From Alphaproteobacteria bacterium (GTDB lineage Bacteria > Pseudomonadota > Alphaproteobacteria > Bin95), in contig OZ219786.1 in assembly GCA_964291285.2 (NCBI GenBank), forward strand, positions 352,001-416,000: a stretch of DNA of 64,000 bases, written 5' to 3'. Both the position numbers and the translations under genes were made by a program. Positions 1 to 10,387 of the stretch are shown in pieces; position 1 is the first letter of the stretch; each line of letters opens with the position of its first letter. The notes beneath the pieces are model-generated. The model saw nothing but the letters and a program-made list of their open reading frames with translations, was not told the origin of the DNA and ran no database searches.

Positions 1-244
1 CGCACGCCGCCATCGCATAGTCCAGCGCCTCGCCCGTCACCTGCCAGAAATCGGCGTATTTGCCCATCAGCGAGCGCAGCCAGGTGTAGTCGATCTGCTT
101 CTGCCGCCAGAGGGCGGAGAGCCGGTCGGCCGACGGCCCGATACGATCCCGCCTCGCGGCCAGCGGGGCGTTGAAATCGAACAGGGTGCCGTAGGCGTCG
201 AAGACGCAGGCCCGGATGTCGTGGAGGTTATTCTCGCCCAGCAT
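1..244 (-). CDS. Haloacid dehalogenase type II (HAD family), N-terminal part; runs off the window start
   Basis: Manual translation from ATG at 244: MLGENNLHDIRACVFDAYGTLFDF...LWRQKQIDYTWLRSLMGKYADFWQVTGEALDYA. This has HAD motif I (FDAYGTL) and the WRxKQ segment typical of L-2-haloacid dehalogenases. Confidence 0.85.
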   Translation of the reverse strand, partial: MLGENNLHDIRACVFDAYGTLFDFNAPLAARRDRIGPSADRLSALWRQKQIDYTWLRSLMGKYADFWQVTGEALDYAMAAC

Positions 245-347
245 CGGTGTCCGGCTTCCGGTTGCGGTCGGTTGCGGCGCCAGACTAGCTTGCCGGGCGC
301 CGGGGGTGAAACTATGTTTCGCCGAGGCAAGCAGAGGAGGTCCGGCC

Positions 348-1223
348 ATGTTCAAGGGATCGCTGGTGGCGTTGATTACCCCGTTTCGCAACGGAGGGGT
401 GGACGAGAAAGCGTTTCAGGACTTCGTCGAATGGCAGATCGCCGAAGGCACGCACGGGCTGGTGCCCTGCGGCACGACGGGCGAGTCGCCGACGTTGAGC
501 CATGACGAGCACAAGCGCGTGACCGAACTCTGCATCGAAGCGGCGGCGGGCCGCGTGCCGGTGGTCGCGGGCGCAGGCTCCAATTCGACGGCCGAGGCCA
601 TCGACCTCGCCGAGCATGCCAAGGCAGCTGGCGCCGACGGCATCCTCGTGGTGACGCCCTACTACAACAAGCCGAACCAGGACGGCCTCTACGAGCATTT
701 CAAGGCGATCAACGACGCCGTCGAGATCCCGATGATCATCTACAACATCCCGCCGCGCTCGGTGGTGGACATGACCGTGGAGACCATGGCGGAGCTCGCC
801 AGGCTGCCGAACGTGGTGGGCGTCAAGGACGCAACCACCGACCTCCAGCGCCCGCTGGAGACGAGGATCGCGGCGGGTCCCGACTTCTGCCAGCTTTCCG
901 GCGAGGACGGCACCGCCCTTCCCTTCCTGATCCAGGGCGGCGTCGGCTGCATTTCGGTCAGCGCCAACGTCGCGCCGAAGCTCTGCTCGATGATGCACGA
1001 CGCCTGGCAGCAGGGCGCGCTGGAAACGGCGATGCAGATCAACGAGCGCCTGCTGCCGCTGCACAAGGCGATGTTCTTCCAGCCGAGCCCGGCGGGCGCC
1101 AAATACGGCGCGCACCTGCTGGGGCACTGCGAGCCGGACACGCGCCTGCCGCTCACGCCCGCCGCGCCGGCGACGCAGGCCCAGGTGCGCAGCGCCATGA
1201 CGGGCCTGGAACTGATCGGCTAG
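348..1223 (+). CDS. dapA: 4-hydroxy-tetrahydrodipicolinate synthase
   Basis: MFKGSLVALITPF, GTTGESPTL, YYNKP, YNIP and GVKDA motifs. GAGGAGG RBS upstream of ATG 348. Confidence 0.97.
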   Translation: MFKGSLVALITPFRNGGVDEKAFQDFVEWQIAEGTHGLVPCGTTGESPTLSHDEHKRVTELCIEAAAGRVPVVAGAGSNSTAEAIDLAEHAKAAGADGILVVTPYYNKPNQDGLYEHFKAINDAVEIPMIIYNIPPRSVVDMTVETMAELARLPNVVGVKDATTDLQRPLETRIAAGPDFCQLSGEDGTALPFLIQGGVGCISVSANVAPKLCSMMHDAWQQGALETAMQINERLLPLHKAMFFQPSPAGAKYGAHLLGHCEPDTRLPLTPAAPATQAQVRSAMTGLELIG

Positions 1224-1232
1224 CCTCACCCG

Positions 1233-1688
1233 ATGCCCGTCCGGCTGGTCGCCCAGAACCGCCGGGCGCGGCACGACTATTTCATCGAGGACGTGCTCGA
1301 GGCCGGAATGCAGCTTTCCGGCAGCGAGGTGAAGTCGTTGCGCGAAGGGCGCGGCTCCATCGTCGAGGCCTATGCGGTCGAGCGGTCGGGCGAGGTCTTC
1401 CTCGTCAACGCCCATATCCCGGAATACAAGCCGGCCCGCCATTTCGGGCACTCGGCAAAGCGGCCGCGCAAACTTCTGCTCCACAGGCGCGAGATCGACC
1501 GGCTGGCCGGGGCCGTGCGGCGCGAGGGCGCGACCATCGTGCCCCTCAAGCTCTATTTCAACGAGCGCGGGCGCGCAAAGCTGGAACTCGGCCTCGCCCG
1601 GGGCAAGCGCAAGGTGGACAAGCGCCACGCGATCAAGGAACGCGACTGGAAGCGCGACAAGCAGCGCCTGATGAAGGCGCGGGGATGA
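1233..1688 (+). CDS. smpB: SsrA-binding protein SmpB
   Basis: [26 protein letters not shown] and C-terminal [13 protein letters not shown] motifs. Confidence 0.97.
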   Translation: MPVRLVAQNRRARHDYFIEDVLEAGMQLSGSEVKSLREGRGSIVEAYAVERSGEVFLVNAHIPEYKPARHFGHSAKRPRKLLLHRREIDRLAGAVRREGATIVPLKLYFNERGRAKLELGLARGKRKVDKRHAIKERDWKRDKQRLMKARG

Positions 1689-1695
1689 ATCCGGG

Positions 1696-2736
1696 CTAAC
1701 GGTTCAGCCGGGCGGCCTCCCCGATGACGCGGACGGCTTCCTCGCTGCGCGTGCGCACAGTGATGGCGGTGGCGCCGCTGTCGGCCCAGGCGCGGAAGCG
1801 CTGCCTGATGCGGGCCGCCGGGCCGATGAGCGCCTTCATGTCCACCCATTCGTCCGGCACGGCCTCGGCCGCCTCGTCCTTGCGGCCGGCGAGGTAGAGC
1901 TCCTGGATGCGCTCGGCGGCGTCCTCGAAGCCGCGGCGGCACATCATGGCGTTGTGGAAATTCTTGTCGCGGTGCCCCATGCCGCCGACATAGAGCGCCT
2001 CGCGCGGCTTGAGCGACGCCAGGCCCGCCTTCACATCGTCGCCCAGGATGACATGCGGCGAGGCGACGATCTCGAAATTGTGGAAGCCCTTGCCGTTGCC
2101 GGCCCGCGCGAAGCCCTGCTCCAGCCAGGGCCGGTATTCGTCCAGTGTGCCGGGCATGAAGCCGAGCGGCAGCCAGCCGTCGGCGATCTCTCCGGTAAGC
2201 CGCACCGTCGATTCCGCTCCCGTGCCGAGATAGATCGGGATGTCCGGGTTGGGATGCAGGATCATCCGCAGCGGTTTGCCCATGCCGGCGGAGCCTTCGC
2301 CCTCATAGGGCAGCGAGATTTCCCGGCCGTCATGGGTCACCGGCTCCTCGCGCGCGAAGATCTTCCGCATGATCGCGACGTAATCCTTGATCCGCCAATA
2401 GGGGCGGCCCCAGGGCTGGCCGTACCAGCCTTCCACGATCTGCGGCCCCGAAACGCCGATGCCGACGATCATCCGCCCGCCGCCGGCGAGCGCATCGATC
2501 GTCTGCGCCTGCATGGCGGCGTTGGCGGGCGTGCGCGCGGCAAGCTGGATGATGCCCGTGCCGAGCTTGATCCGCTCAGTGACGGCCGCCAGATAGGCGA
2601 GCGGCGTCATGGCGTCGGTGCCGTAGGCCTCGGCCGTCCACACCGTGTCGTAGCCGAGCCTGTCGGCGAGCTTCACCAGTTCGGTCGGGAAATCGAGCGT
2701 CGCGCCCGAATAGCCGATTGAAAGACCCAGCTTCAT
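1696..2736 (-). CDS. LLM-class (luciferase-like) flavin/F420-dependent oxidoreductase
   Basis: WTAEAYGTDA, IKLGTGI, GVSGPQIVEGWYG and EIADGW motifs; 346 aa. Confidence 0.9.
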   Translation of the reverse strand: MKLGLSIGYSGATLDFPTELVKLADRLGYDTVWTAEAYGTDAMTPLAYLAAVTERIKLGTGIIQLAARTPANAAMQAQTIDALAGGGRMIVGIGVSGPQIVEGWYGQPWGRPYWRIKDYVAIMRKIFAREEPVTHDGREISLPYEGEGSAGMGKPLRMILHPNPDIPIYLGTGAESTVRLTGEIADGWLPLGFMPGTLDEYRPWLEQGFARAGNGKGFHNFEIVASPHVILGDDVKAGLASLKPREALYVGGMGHRDKNFHNAMMCRRGFEDAAERIQELYLAGRKDEAAEAVPDEWVDMKALIGPAARIRQRFRAWADSGATAITVRTRSEEAVRVIGEAARLNR

Positions 2737-2799
2737 GGGAAGCGCCTCCAGGCTTCGGAAATACGGTTTCCTGTATCGCAGGCGGCAGGAAGGACGCCG

Positions 2800-3645
2800 C
2801 TATTCCGCGGCCGCCCTGTAACCCGCCGGCAGGTCGAAGGGACGGTCGCCGGAGAGGGAGGGCACGCGGGCGCGGGCTTCCGCCACGCGGGCCGTGTCAA
2901 TTTCCGCGGTGACGATGCCGGGCTCCTCGCCGCCGTCCGCCAGCACCTCGCCCCAAGGCGCGACGATCAGCGAATGGCCGTAGGTGCGCCGGCCCTCGGC
3001 GTGTTCGCCGACCTGTGCCGGCGCCACGATGAAACAGCCTGTCTCGATGGCGCGGGCGCGCAGCAGCACATGCCAGTGCGCGCGGCCCGTGGGCACCGTG
3101 AAGGCCGACGGCACGGTAATCACTTCGGCTCCCGCCTGCGCCAGCGTCCGGTAAAGCACCGGGAAGCGCATGTCGTAGCAGATGGTGAGACCCAGCACAG
3201 CCAGCGGCGTGTGGACGGTGACCGCATTCTCTCCCGGCCTGTATGTCCGGCTTTCCCGGTAGCGGTCGCCCTCGCCGATATCCACGTCGAACATGTGGAT
3301 CTTGTCGTAGGTGGCAGCCACCCCGCCGGCCGGGTCGATCAGGTACGACCGGTTGGCGAGCCGCTCCTCTTCGGTGCGCGTCACCATCGAACCCGCAAGC
3401 AGCCAGGCTCCGGTCTCCCGCGCCCACTCCCGGAAAGCGGCAAGGCCCCGGTGGTCGTCCTGCGGTTCCGCCTTTTCCAGCACCAGACGCCGGCGCGGCT
3501 CCAGATAGGAGCAGACCTCCGGCGCGGCAATCAGGTCCGCGCCCATGCCGCGCGCCCGGCGGACCATGTCGCCGAGCGCGGCGAGCGTCGGCTCCGTGTC
3601 CCGTTCCGCCGTATTCTGGAGGCAGGCGACCGTGAAGACGGTCAC
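2800..3645 (-). CDS. Carbon-nitrogen hydrolase (Nit1/deaminated glutathione amidase-like)
   Basis: Catalytic E-K-C motifs APE, YDKIHMFDV and TICYDMRFP; RARAIETGCF. The GTG start overlaps the grxC stop (GTGA). Confidence 0.92.
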   Translation of the reverse strand: MTVFTVACLQNTAERDTEPTLAALGDMVRRARGMGADLIAAPEVCSYLEPRRRLVLEKAEPQDDHRGLAAFREWARETGAWLLAGSMVTRTEEERLANRSYLIDPAGGVAATYDKIHMFDVDIGEGDRYRESRTYRPGENAVTVHTPLAVLGLTICYDMRFPVLYRTLAQAGAEVITVPSAFTVPTGRAHWHVLLRARAIETGCFIVAPAQVGEHAEGRRTYGHSLIVAPWGEVLADGGEEPGIVTAEIDTARVAEARARVPSLSGDRPFDLPAGYRAAAE

Positions 3646-3908
3646 GACGGCGAGCCCTGAAGCAACGGATCGAGCCGTCCTGCCCGTTCCAGCGCCGCGA
3701 GCTCGTCCGACCCGCCCACATGGGCGCCGTCGATGAATATCTGCGGCACGGTATGGCGGCCGCCGGCCCGGCGCATCATCTCGCCGCGCAGCGCCGGATC
3801 GCCGTCCACATTGTATTCCGTGAAACCGGCGTCCTTGCTCTTCAGCAGCCGCTTCGCCCGGTAGCAGAAGGGGCACCACATGCTGGAATAAATCTCTACG
3901 CTGGCCAT
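3642..3908 (-). CDS. grxC: Glutaredoxin 3
   Basis: CPFC active site and TVPQIFI-GG-D motif. Confidence 0.93.
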   Translation of the reverse strand: MASVEIYSSMWCPFCYRAKRLLKSKDAGFTEYNVDGDPALRGEMMRRAGGRHTVPQIFIDGAHVGGSDELAALERAGRLDPLLQGSPS

Positions 3909-4015
3909 AGCAGCCACCATATAGCGGCGCCGCCCGGCCCGTCGAGACCCTCGCGCCCTTGACCCTGCGCCCTCCGGTGCGGATAAACCGCCCGCCGAAC
4001 GGAGAGCGGTGGATC

Positions 4016-5032
4016 ATGAAACGAATTTTTTCCGGCATCCAGCCGACCGGAAACCTGCATCTCGGAAATTATCTGGGCGCCATCCGCAACTGGGTGGGCA
4101 TGCAACAGGATTTCGACTTCAACTGCATCTTCTGCATCGTCGATCTGCACGCGATCACGGTGCCGCAGGATCCGGCCGAACTGACGGCCAACACCCGCGA
4201 AGTAACGGCGGCCTTTATCGCATCGGGAATCGATCCGCAGCGCTGCATAATCTTCAACCAGAGCATGGTGTCGGGACATGCCGAGCTCGCCTGGGTGCTC
4301 AACTGCCACGCACCGATGGGCTGGCTCAACCGGATGACCCAGTTCAAGGAGAAGGCGGGCAAACGGCGCGATGCCGCCGCGGTCGGGCTTTTTGCCTATC
4401 CCGTGCTGATGGCCGCCGACATCCTTCTTTACCGCGCGAGCGACGTGCCGGTCGGCGAAGACCAGAAGCAGCATCTGGAACTTTCGCGCGATATTGCGGG
4501 CGCCTTCAACCGCTACTACGACTGCGAGGCCTTCGTGCTGCCGGAACCGCGCATATTCGGCGCAGCGACCAGGGTGATGAGCCTTCGGGACGGCAATGCC
4601 AAGATGAGCAAGTCCGACCCCTCGCCCAATTCGCGCATCAACCTTTCGGACGACGCCGAGGCCATCGCGCAGAAAATCCGCCGGGCGAAGACGGACCCGG
4701 AACCGCTGCCGAGCGAGCCTGCCGGGCTCGAAGGCCGGCCGGAAGCTGCGAACCTCGTCGGCATCCATGCCGCGCTTGCAGATTGCGACGAGGCGGCGGT
4801 CTGCCGCGAATTCGGCGGACGCGGCTTCTCCGACTTCAAGGCTGCGCTCTCCGAACTGGCCGTGGAGGTGTTGTCCCCGGTGACGGCGGATATGCGCCGG
4901 CTGATGGCCGACCCCGGCTACATCGACGGCGTGCTGGCGGACGGCGCGGCGCGGGCGGACGCCATCGCCTCTGCGACGATGAACGAAATCCGTGACATTG
5001 TCGGCTTCCTTACGCCCCGGCGCGGCGCATGA
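4016..5032 (+). CDS. trpS: Tryptophan--tRNA ligase
   Basis: [18 protein letters not shown] (HIGH-like), [13 protein letters not shown] and KMSKS. Confidence 0.98.
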   Translation: MKRIFSGIQPTGNLHLGNYLGAIRNWVGMQQDFDFNCIFCIVDLHAITVPQDPAELTANTREVTAAFIASGIDPQRCIIFNQSMVSGHAELAWVLNCHAPMGWLNRMTQFKEKAGKRRDAAAVGLFAYPVLMAADILLYRASDVPVGEDQKQHLELSRDIAGAFNRYYDCEAFVLPEPRIFGAATRVMSLRDGNAKMSKSDPSPNSRINLSDDAEAIAQKIRRAKTDPEPLPSEPAGLEGRPEAANLVGIHAALADCDEAAVCREFGGRGFSDFKAALSELAVEVLSPVTADMRRLMADPGYIDGVLADGAARADAIASATMNEIRDIVGFLTPRRGA

Positions 5033-5664
5033 AGAAGGCGGAGATCGAGACTTTCTTCGACCGCCTGGCGGCCGCCCTGCCGGAGCCGCAGGGGGAGTTG
5101 CACTACGTCAACCCCTTCACGCTGCTGGTCGCGGTCGTGCTGTCCGCCCAGGCGACCGATACAGGCGTCAACAAGGCGACAGGGCCCCTGTTCGCCGAGG
5201 CCGACACGCCGGAGGCGATGCTCGCGCTCGGCGAGGACGGCGTCCGGCATCACATCCGCACCATCGGCCTCTTCAACGCCAAGGCGCGCAATGTCATCGG
5301 GCTCTCTCAAATCCTGGTCGAGGAACACGGCGGCGCCGTGCCGGACAGCAGGGAGGCGCTCGAACGCCTGCCCGGCGTCGGCCGCAAGACGGCCAATGTC
5401 GTCCTCAACACGGCGTTCGGCCAGCCCACCATCGCGGTGGACACGCATATCTTCCGCGTAGGCAACCGCACCGGCCTCGCACCCGGCAAGACGCCGCTGG
5501 AAGTGGAGAAGAAGCTCCTGCGGCGCGTGCCGGCGCACCGCAAGCTGCATGCCCACCACTGGCTCATCCTGCACGGGCGCTATGTCTGCAAGGCGCGGAA
5601 GCCCGACTGCCCGGCCTGCACGGTCGCCGATCTCTGCGGCTTCAAGGGCAAGACGACGGTCTGA
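5029..5664 (+). CDS. nth: Endonuclease III
   Basis: LSAQATD, HhH motif [16 protein letters not shown] and Fe-S motif C-x6-C-x2-C-x5-C. Confidence 0.97.
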   Translation: MKKAEIETFFDRLAAALPEPQGELHYVNPFTLLVAVVLSAQATDTGVNKATGPLFAEADTPEAMLALGEDGVRHHIRTIGLFNAKARNVIGLSQILVEEHGGAVPDSREALERLPGVGRKTANVVLNTAFGQPTIAVDTHIFRVGNRTGLAPGKTPLEVEKKLLRRVPAHRKLHAHHWLILHGRYVCKARKPDCPACTVADLCGFKGKTTV

Positions 5665-5677
5665 ACGGCGACGCCGG

Positions 5678-6619
5678 CTATTGCAGCTCTACCGCGTAGG
5701 TCTCCACCGGCGGCAGGGAGTCCACAAGGCCGCGCTCCACGACAAAATCCGCGAACCGCTCGTAGCGCCGCCTGTCGAGCGCCGCCGGACGCAACGCAAA
5801 GCGCGGCAGCGTATCCCGCCAGGCGCGCCGGTTGAGCTCGTCGTCGAGGTCCTTGCGGTCGCCGGCGATGAACAGCGCCCAGGCCTCATCGGGATGGTTG
5901 ATCGTGTATTGGACGCCGCGCTCTACCGCGTCCACGAAGGCGCGATAGGCAGGCCGGTCCAGCGTGTCCTTGTGCGCGACGACGATCAGCTCATCATAGG
6001 GCGGCACGCCTTCTTCCTCCAGATAGAAGGCGCGGCCCGGATGGCCCACGATGTCCATCTGGTTCAGTTCGAAATTGCGGAAGGCGCCGATCACGGCATC
6101 GACCTGGCCGGCGATGAGCGACGGCGAAAGCGACCAGTTGACGTTCACCTTCTCGATGTCGTCCATCGTGAGGCCGTGGGGTTGAAGCACGCCTTCGAGC
6201 AGGGCGTCCTCCAGTCCCGCCACGGAAAAGCCGACCCGCTTGCCCTTGAGGTCGGCGATCGTCCGTATCGGGCTGTCCTCCAACACGACAATCGTGTTGA
6301 GCGGCGTCGCGACGAGGGTGGCGATCCGCGCAAGCGGCAGGCCGGCGGCCGCCTGCATGTGCAATTGCGGCTGATAGGAGACCGCGAGGTCCGCCTTGCC
6401 CGCCGCCACGATCTTCGGCGGATCGTTCGGGTCCGCGGGAGGCACGAATTCCACCGCCAGGCCGGCATCCGCGAAATAGCCCCGCTCCTGCGCCACATAG
6501 AGTGGCCCGTGATCCGGATTGACGAACCAGTCGAGCAGCACGGTAAGCTTCTCCTCCGCCACCGCCGGAAAAGCGGCGAGCAGGCACGCGGCGACAAGCG
6601 CCGGGAGGCGGATTTTCAT
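5678..6619 (-). CDS. ABC transporter substrate-binding protein, NMT1/THI5 (ThiY-like)
   Basis: Signal peptide, LDWFVNPDH motif; lies in an operon downstream of a TPP riboswitch. Confidence 0.88.
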   Translation of the reverse strand: MKIRLPALVAACLLAAFPAVAEEKLTVLLDWFVNPDHGPLYVAQERGYFADAGLAVEFVPPADPNDPPKIVAAGKADLAVSYQPQLHMQAAAGLPLARIATLVATPLNTIVVLEDSPIRTIADLKGKRVGFSVAGLEDALLEGVLQPHGLTMDDIEKVNVNWSLSPSLIAGQVDAVIGAFRNFELNQMDIVGHPGRAFYLEEEGVPPYDELIVVAHKDTLDRPAYRAFVDAVERGVQYTINHPDEAWALFIAGDRKDLDDELNRRAWRDTLPRFALRPAALDRRRYERFADFVVERGLVDSLPPVETYAVELQ

Positions 6620-7395
6620 GGTTGAACAGGTTCCTTTCCCTGATCTTGCCAAAGGGTATCGACCTGCCAAGGCACCGCGAGGCGGAGCAGGCGGTCGACA
6701 GTGAAGTAGAGGATGAGCGCCATCGCCGCGAGCACGAGCAGCGCGGCGAACATGAGGTCCACCTGCATGCGCGCATTGGCGTGCAGCATGAGGTAGCCGA
6801 GACCGGCCGACGCGCCGACCCACTCGCCCACCACGGCGCCGATGGGCGCGACCGCCGTGGCGACGCGCAGGCCGGAAGCGCAGGCCGGCAATGCTGCAGG
6901 AATCCGCAGATGGACAAGCTGGCGCCAGCGAGAGGCGCCCATGCTGCGCGCCAGATCGAGCCAGCCGGGATCCGTGCGGGAAAGGCCGTCATAGAAGGCG
7001 GCCGTCACCGGGAAGAAAATGATGAGCACCGCCATCGCCACCTTGGAGGCCATGCCGTAGCCAAGCCAGAGCACCAGGACCGGCGCGATGGCGAACACCG
7101 GGACGGCCTGGCTTGCGACCAGGACGGGCAGCAGCCATAGCCGCGCCGGACGGACATGGGCGATGACCAGTGCCGAAAATGCGCCGAGTGCCGCGCCGAG
7201 GACGAGGCCGAGCAGGATTTCCACCAGCGTCGTGCCGGCATGGGACAGGAGAAGCCCCGAATGACCGGCCAGCGCCACCGCGACGGCCGGTGGTCCCGGA
7301 AGGATGAAGGGCTGTGCCCCGGTGACGGAAACAATCGCCTGCCAGACGACCAGCAGCCCCGCCGTCACGATTGCCATGCGCAGGGCCGCCTTCAT
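6616..7395 (-). CDS. ABC transporter permease (ThiX-like)
   Basis: Hydrophobic; EAA-like loop (LARSMGASRW) and GAVVGEW. Confidence 0.88.
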   Translation of the reverse strand: MKAALRMAIVTAGLLVVWQAIVSVTGAQPFILPGPPAVAVALAGHSGLLLSHAGTTLVEILLGLVLGAALGAFSALVIAHVRPARLWLLPVLVASQAVPVFAIAPVLVLWLGYGMASKVAMAVLIIFFPVTAAFYDGLSRTDPGWLDLARSMGASRWRQLVHLRIPAALPACASGLRVATAVAPIGAVVGEWVGASAGLGYLMLHANARMQVDLMFAALLVLAAMALILYFTVDRLLRLAVPWQVDTLWQDQGKEPVQP

Positions 7396-8108
7396 GCCGC
7401 GAGCCTCGCAAGCAGGTCGCCTTGCGCCGCCAGAACCGCCGGGTCGCGCACATCGCGCGGCGGCGCAAGGTCCGGTGCCGGCACCGCCTCCAGTGCCGCC
7501 GGCCGGCCGGTCAGGACATAGACGCGGTCTCCGAGACGCAGCGCCTCCAGCGGGTCGTGCGTGACGAGCAGCACGGTCCGCCCCGCCAGCATGCGCGCCG
7601 CGAGGTCCTGCGCCGCGTGGCGGGTAATCGCGTCGAGGCTGCCGAACGGCTCGTCCATCAACACGACCGCCCGGTCCTCCATCAGCGTGCGGACCAGCGC
7701 GACCCGCTGGCGTTCGCCGCCCGAGAGCGTCTCCGGGCGGGCCTCCATGGAGGCCGCAAGGCCGACCTCGGAAAGCAGGCGGTGCGCCCGTTGGAAGTTC
7801 GGCCTCTCGCCGCGCAGCCTGGCGCCCAGCACCGCGTTGTCCAACGCGCTGGCCCAGGGGAGCAGTAGGTCGCTCTGGCCCATATAAGCCACGGGTCCGG
7901 TGCGCACCCGGCCGGCGGCAGCGCCGTCAAGACCGGCGATCAGCCGCAGCAGGCTCGTCTTGCCGACGCCGCTCGGACCCAGCAGGCAGGTCCAGAGACC
8001 GGCCTCCAGGCGAATGTCGAGCCCGTCGAACAGCGGCGCTCCCCCGTAGGAAAGCGCGGCGCCGCGAATATCGACGGCAAATTCTATGTCCGGCGCAGCC
8101 TCGCCCAC
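7392..8108 (-). CDS. ABC transporter ATP-binding protein (ThiZ-like)
   Basis: Walker A GPSGVGKT, signature LSGGERQR, Walker B LMDEPF, H-loop VTHD. Confidence 0.92.
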   Translation of the reverse strand: MGEAAPDIEFAVDIRGAALSYGGAPLFDGLDIRLEAGLWTCLLGPSGVGKTSLLRLIAGLDGAAAGRVRTGPVAYMGQSDLLLPWASALDNAVLGARLRGERPNFQRAHRLLSEVGLAASMEARPETLSGGERQRVALVRTLMEDRAVVLMDEPFGSLDAITRHAAQDLAARMLAGRTVLLVTHDPLEALRLGDRVYVLTGRPAALEAVPAPDLAPPRDVRDPAVLAAQGDLLARLAA

Positions 8109-8203
8109 ACGCTCCCTCCGCCGGTACTAACCGGATCAGGTTCCTGGGGTCGTCCCGATTGCGGGACCTCTCAGCCGCGGGATTGCGGCTCCCCCGAGTG
8201 GAA
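8108..8203 (-). ncRNA. TPP riboswitch
   Basis: Minus strand reads CACTCGGGGGAGCC...GGCTGAGAGG...GACCCCAGGAACCTGATCCGGTTAGTACCGGCGGAGGGAGCGTG. The CTGAGA, CCTGAT and GCGGAGG cores are present, and it directly abuts the start of the thiamine-precursor transporter (the GGGAG RBS falls in P1). Confidence 0.95.
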
Positions 8204-8270
8204 CGGTGAGGATGAACGCCGCCCGAGGCTTTGGCAAGGCCCTGCCCCTGCACGCCGTCGCCGCGCCTCC

Positions 8271-8693
8271 CTAAATCACTGCCTCGTTGAGCGACTGGAT
8301 GAACTGAATGCCATGAATATGCTTGCGGGCCAGACGCCTGTCATTCGTGAGAAACAGGTCCGTGCCCACCGCCGCCGCGCAAGCCAGTTGAATGGAGTCC
8401 GGCGGCCGGATCGAGCGGTCCCGGCGAATTTCCGCAAAGGCGCGGGCGGCGGCGTGGTCGAAGGGCAATATCGCAGCCGCCGTTTCCATCGCCTGTGTAT
8501 AGCGGCGCGCGAGGTCCCTGCGCCCCGCATCGAGAGGTTTGACGAGAAGCTCGCCAAGCGTGAGTGAGGAGGTGAGCAATTGGTCTCGCCGCTCGATCAT
8601 TCGCCTGCGAAGCGTTGCAACGCGCTCGGCCTCTTCGTCTGCGCCCTCGAAGAGGTAGATGAACAGGTTGGTGTCCCAGAAGATCCGGCTCAT
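8271..8693 (-). CDS. PIN-domain (VapC-like) toxin
   Basis: MSRIFWDTNLFIYL...TLGELL...PDSIQLACA...FLTNDRRL carries the conserved PIN acidic residues; 140 aa; ATGA overlap with the upstream gene. Confidence 0.9.
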   Translation of the reverse strand: MSRIFWDTNLFIYLFEGADEEAERVATLRRRMIERRDQLLTSSLTLGELLVKPLDAGRRDLARRYTQAMETAAAILPFDHAAARAFAEIRRDRSIRPPDSIQLACAAAVGTDLFLTNDRRLARKHIHGIQFIQSLNEAVI

Positions 8694-9223
8694 TCCCAAC
8701 CCTCGCGAAGACGCCGGACATAGGCGTCGGCATCCTCGTCCGCCCATATCTCCCTGCCGCTGCCCTTCAAGGCGAGAATCGGGTCGGCAACGGGCCACGC
8801 GCTCGCCGCTTCGTTCATGGATAACTCCAGTTCGCCCGCGCCATAGGTTTCCCGCGTCAGATAGTCGTCATGGTACCAATCGAGCAGTTCCCGACAGGCT
8901 GGCGGCAGCGCCTCCCGGCCGGGAAGCGACGCGCCGGAAAGCCGGTCCGGATGGCAGTCATCACCCGGCCGGTAGAGACGGCGGCGCCCTCTTGATGTTT
9001 CCGTCAGCATGCGCAACCGGGCCGGGTTGGGCCTGCGGTTGGCGACGCAATGCAGATAGGCGTGAATCTGCACGCCGGGCCGCAGGGAGCCGGCGCCGGT
9101 CACATTCTCGTCCCTCGCCTGCGCGACGATCTCCGAGACCGAAAAGTCTTCCCTGTCCGGATACCGGCGATGAAGCGAAGCCGTCGCCAGCCAGACTTCG
9201 TCCGCAACCTTGATGACCGCCAT
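8690..9223 (-). CDS. Putative antitoxin with an atypical N-terminal domain
   Basis: Translationally coupled upstream of the PIN toxin. The C-terminal tail (LKGSGREIWADEDADAYVRRLREGWE) resembles VapB-type toxin-binding tails. Confidence 0.7.
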   Translation of the reverse strand: MAVIKVADEVWLATASLHRRYPDREDFSVSEIVAQARDENVTGAGSLRPGVQIHAYLHCVANRRPNPARLRMLTETSRGRRRLYRPGDDCHPDRLSGASLPGREALPPACRELLDWYHDDYLTRETYGAGELELSMNEAASAWPVADPILALKGSGREIWADEDADAYVRRLREGWE

Positions 9224-9368
9224 GACGAAGCTCCCTCACCGTTCAATCTAGTTATCATAAATTACATTTTTAACAAAATATAATGTTAATCTTGTGTTCA
9301 TGCCCACCCTGGTCCCGCCTTTCGACCCAGCGCCCCTCCCGATGCCTGCGCAAGCCCGGACTTTGCGC

Positions 9369-9396
9369 TTGCGCCCGGCACAATTTGGCCTATGTT
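9369..9396 (+). promoter_or_regulatory. Candidate sigma70 promoter of tRNA-Gly
   Basis: TTGCGC (9369-9374), 16 bp spacer, TATGTT (9391-9396), just upstream of the tRNA. Confidence 0.45.
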
Positions 9397-9408
9397 GCGC
9401 AGCCTGAT

Positions 9409-9483
<75 letters not shown>

Positions 9484-9502
9484 GACCCTCCCCGAAAATG
9501 CC

Positions 9503-10387
9503 TCATCCCCGTTCGGGCAGAAGTTCCCGGAGAGCCCGTTCGAACGCTTCCGGCTGCTCGTACATGGCCCAGTGCCCGGCGCGCGGCACCATGGCGATGC
9601 GCGCGTCCGACCGGATGGCGCGAATGGCGGCCACCCGCTCGCGGAAGAAGGGCCACGCGGTCCAGTCCCATTCGCCCCACATCGCGGCCAGTGGCGCCTC
9701 GATGAGCGGCAGGCGGCCGCGAAGCGCCGGCGTCGCGCTCACCCAGCGGCTCTTGGTGACGGCGCGCATCGTGTTGGTAACCTGCATGTGAACCGCAAAG
9801 TCGTCCACGGCGCGCGGGTCGGCCAGCATCAGGATTTCGAGATTGCGCCGTGCGAGGCTTCTGAGCTGGGCCGGCGTCATGTCCCGCCGGAACCGCTCCA
9901 GCGCCGGCCCCCGCGCCCGGCGCAGTCCCATCGCACCGACGCCGACCATGGTGAAGCTGTTCAGCAGGTCCGGCAGGTAGGGCGCGGCATGGCCGCCCAC
10001 AATGCCGCCGAAGGAGAATCCCACGAGGTCGACCCGCTGGCCGCGCTCCTCGAGGACATGACGCAGGCCGTCGGCGACGATCCTCCCGATCGAGTCGATA
10101 TCCCTCCGGTCGGGCGGCGGGGCGGATTCGCCAAGACCGGGCGTGTCGCAGGCATAGACCCGGCGGCCCCGCGCGAGCGAGCGGACATTGCGAAACCAGT
10201 GCCACCAGGAACCGTAGCCGCCATGCATCAGCATGACCGGCGGCGTACCCGGTTCGCCGAAGACGCGCCAGACCATCTCGCCGTCGCCGCATGGCGAGGT
10301 CCTGACCGCCGCTTCCGCCTCGACGGCGCGGATGGCAGCGGCCACCGCGGACGGCGGGCTCACCGGCGCCTTGCCACGGCGGGTCAC
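9503..10387 (-). CDS. Alpha/beta fold hydrolase
   Basis: HGGYG oxyanion motif, GFSFGG nucleophile elbow, AGHW catalytic His. Confidence 0.9.
   Translation of the reverse strand: MTRRGKAPVSPPSAVAAAIRAVEAEAAVRTSPCGDGEMVWRVFGEPGTPPVMLMHGGYGSWWHWFRNVRSLARGRRVYACDTPGLGESAPPPDRRDIDSIGRIVADGLRHVLEERGQRVDLVGFSFGGIVGGHAAPYLPDLLNSFTMVGVGAMGLRRARGPALERFRRDMTPAQLRSLARRNLEILMLADPRAVDDFAVHMQVTNTMRAVTKSRWVSATPALRGRLPLIEAPLAAMWGEWDWTAWPFFRERVAAIRAIRSDARIAMVPRAGHWAMYEQPEAFERALRELLPERG

Noticed and set aside
1233-1700. tmRNA gene next to smpB
   Set aside because: No tmRNA-like ends are visible; smpB is followed directly by the convergent LLM gene.
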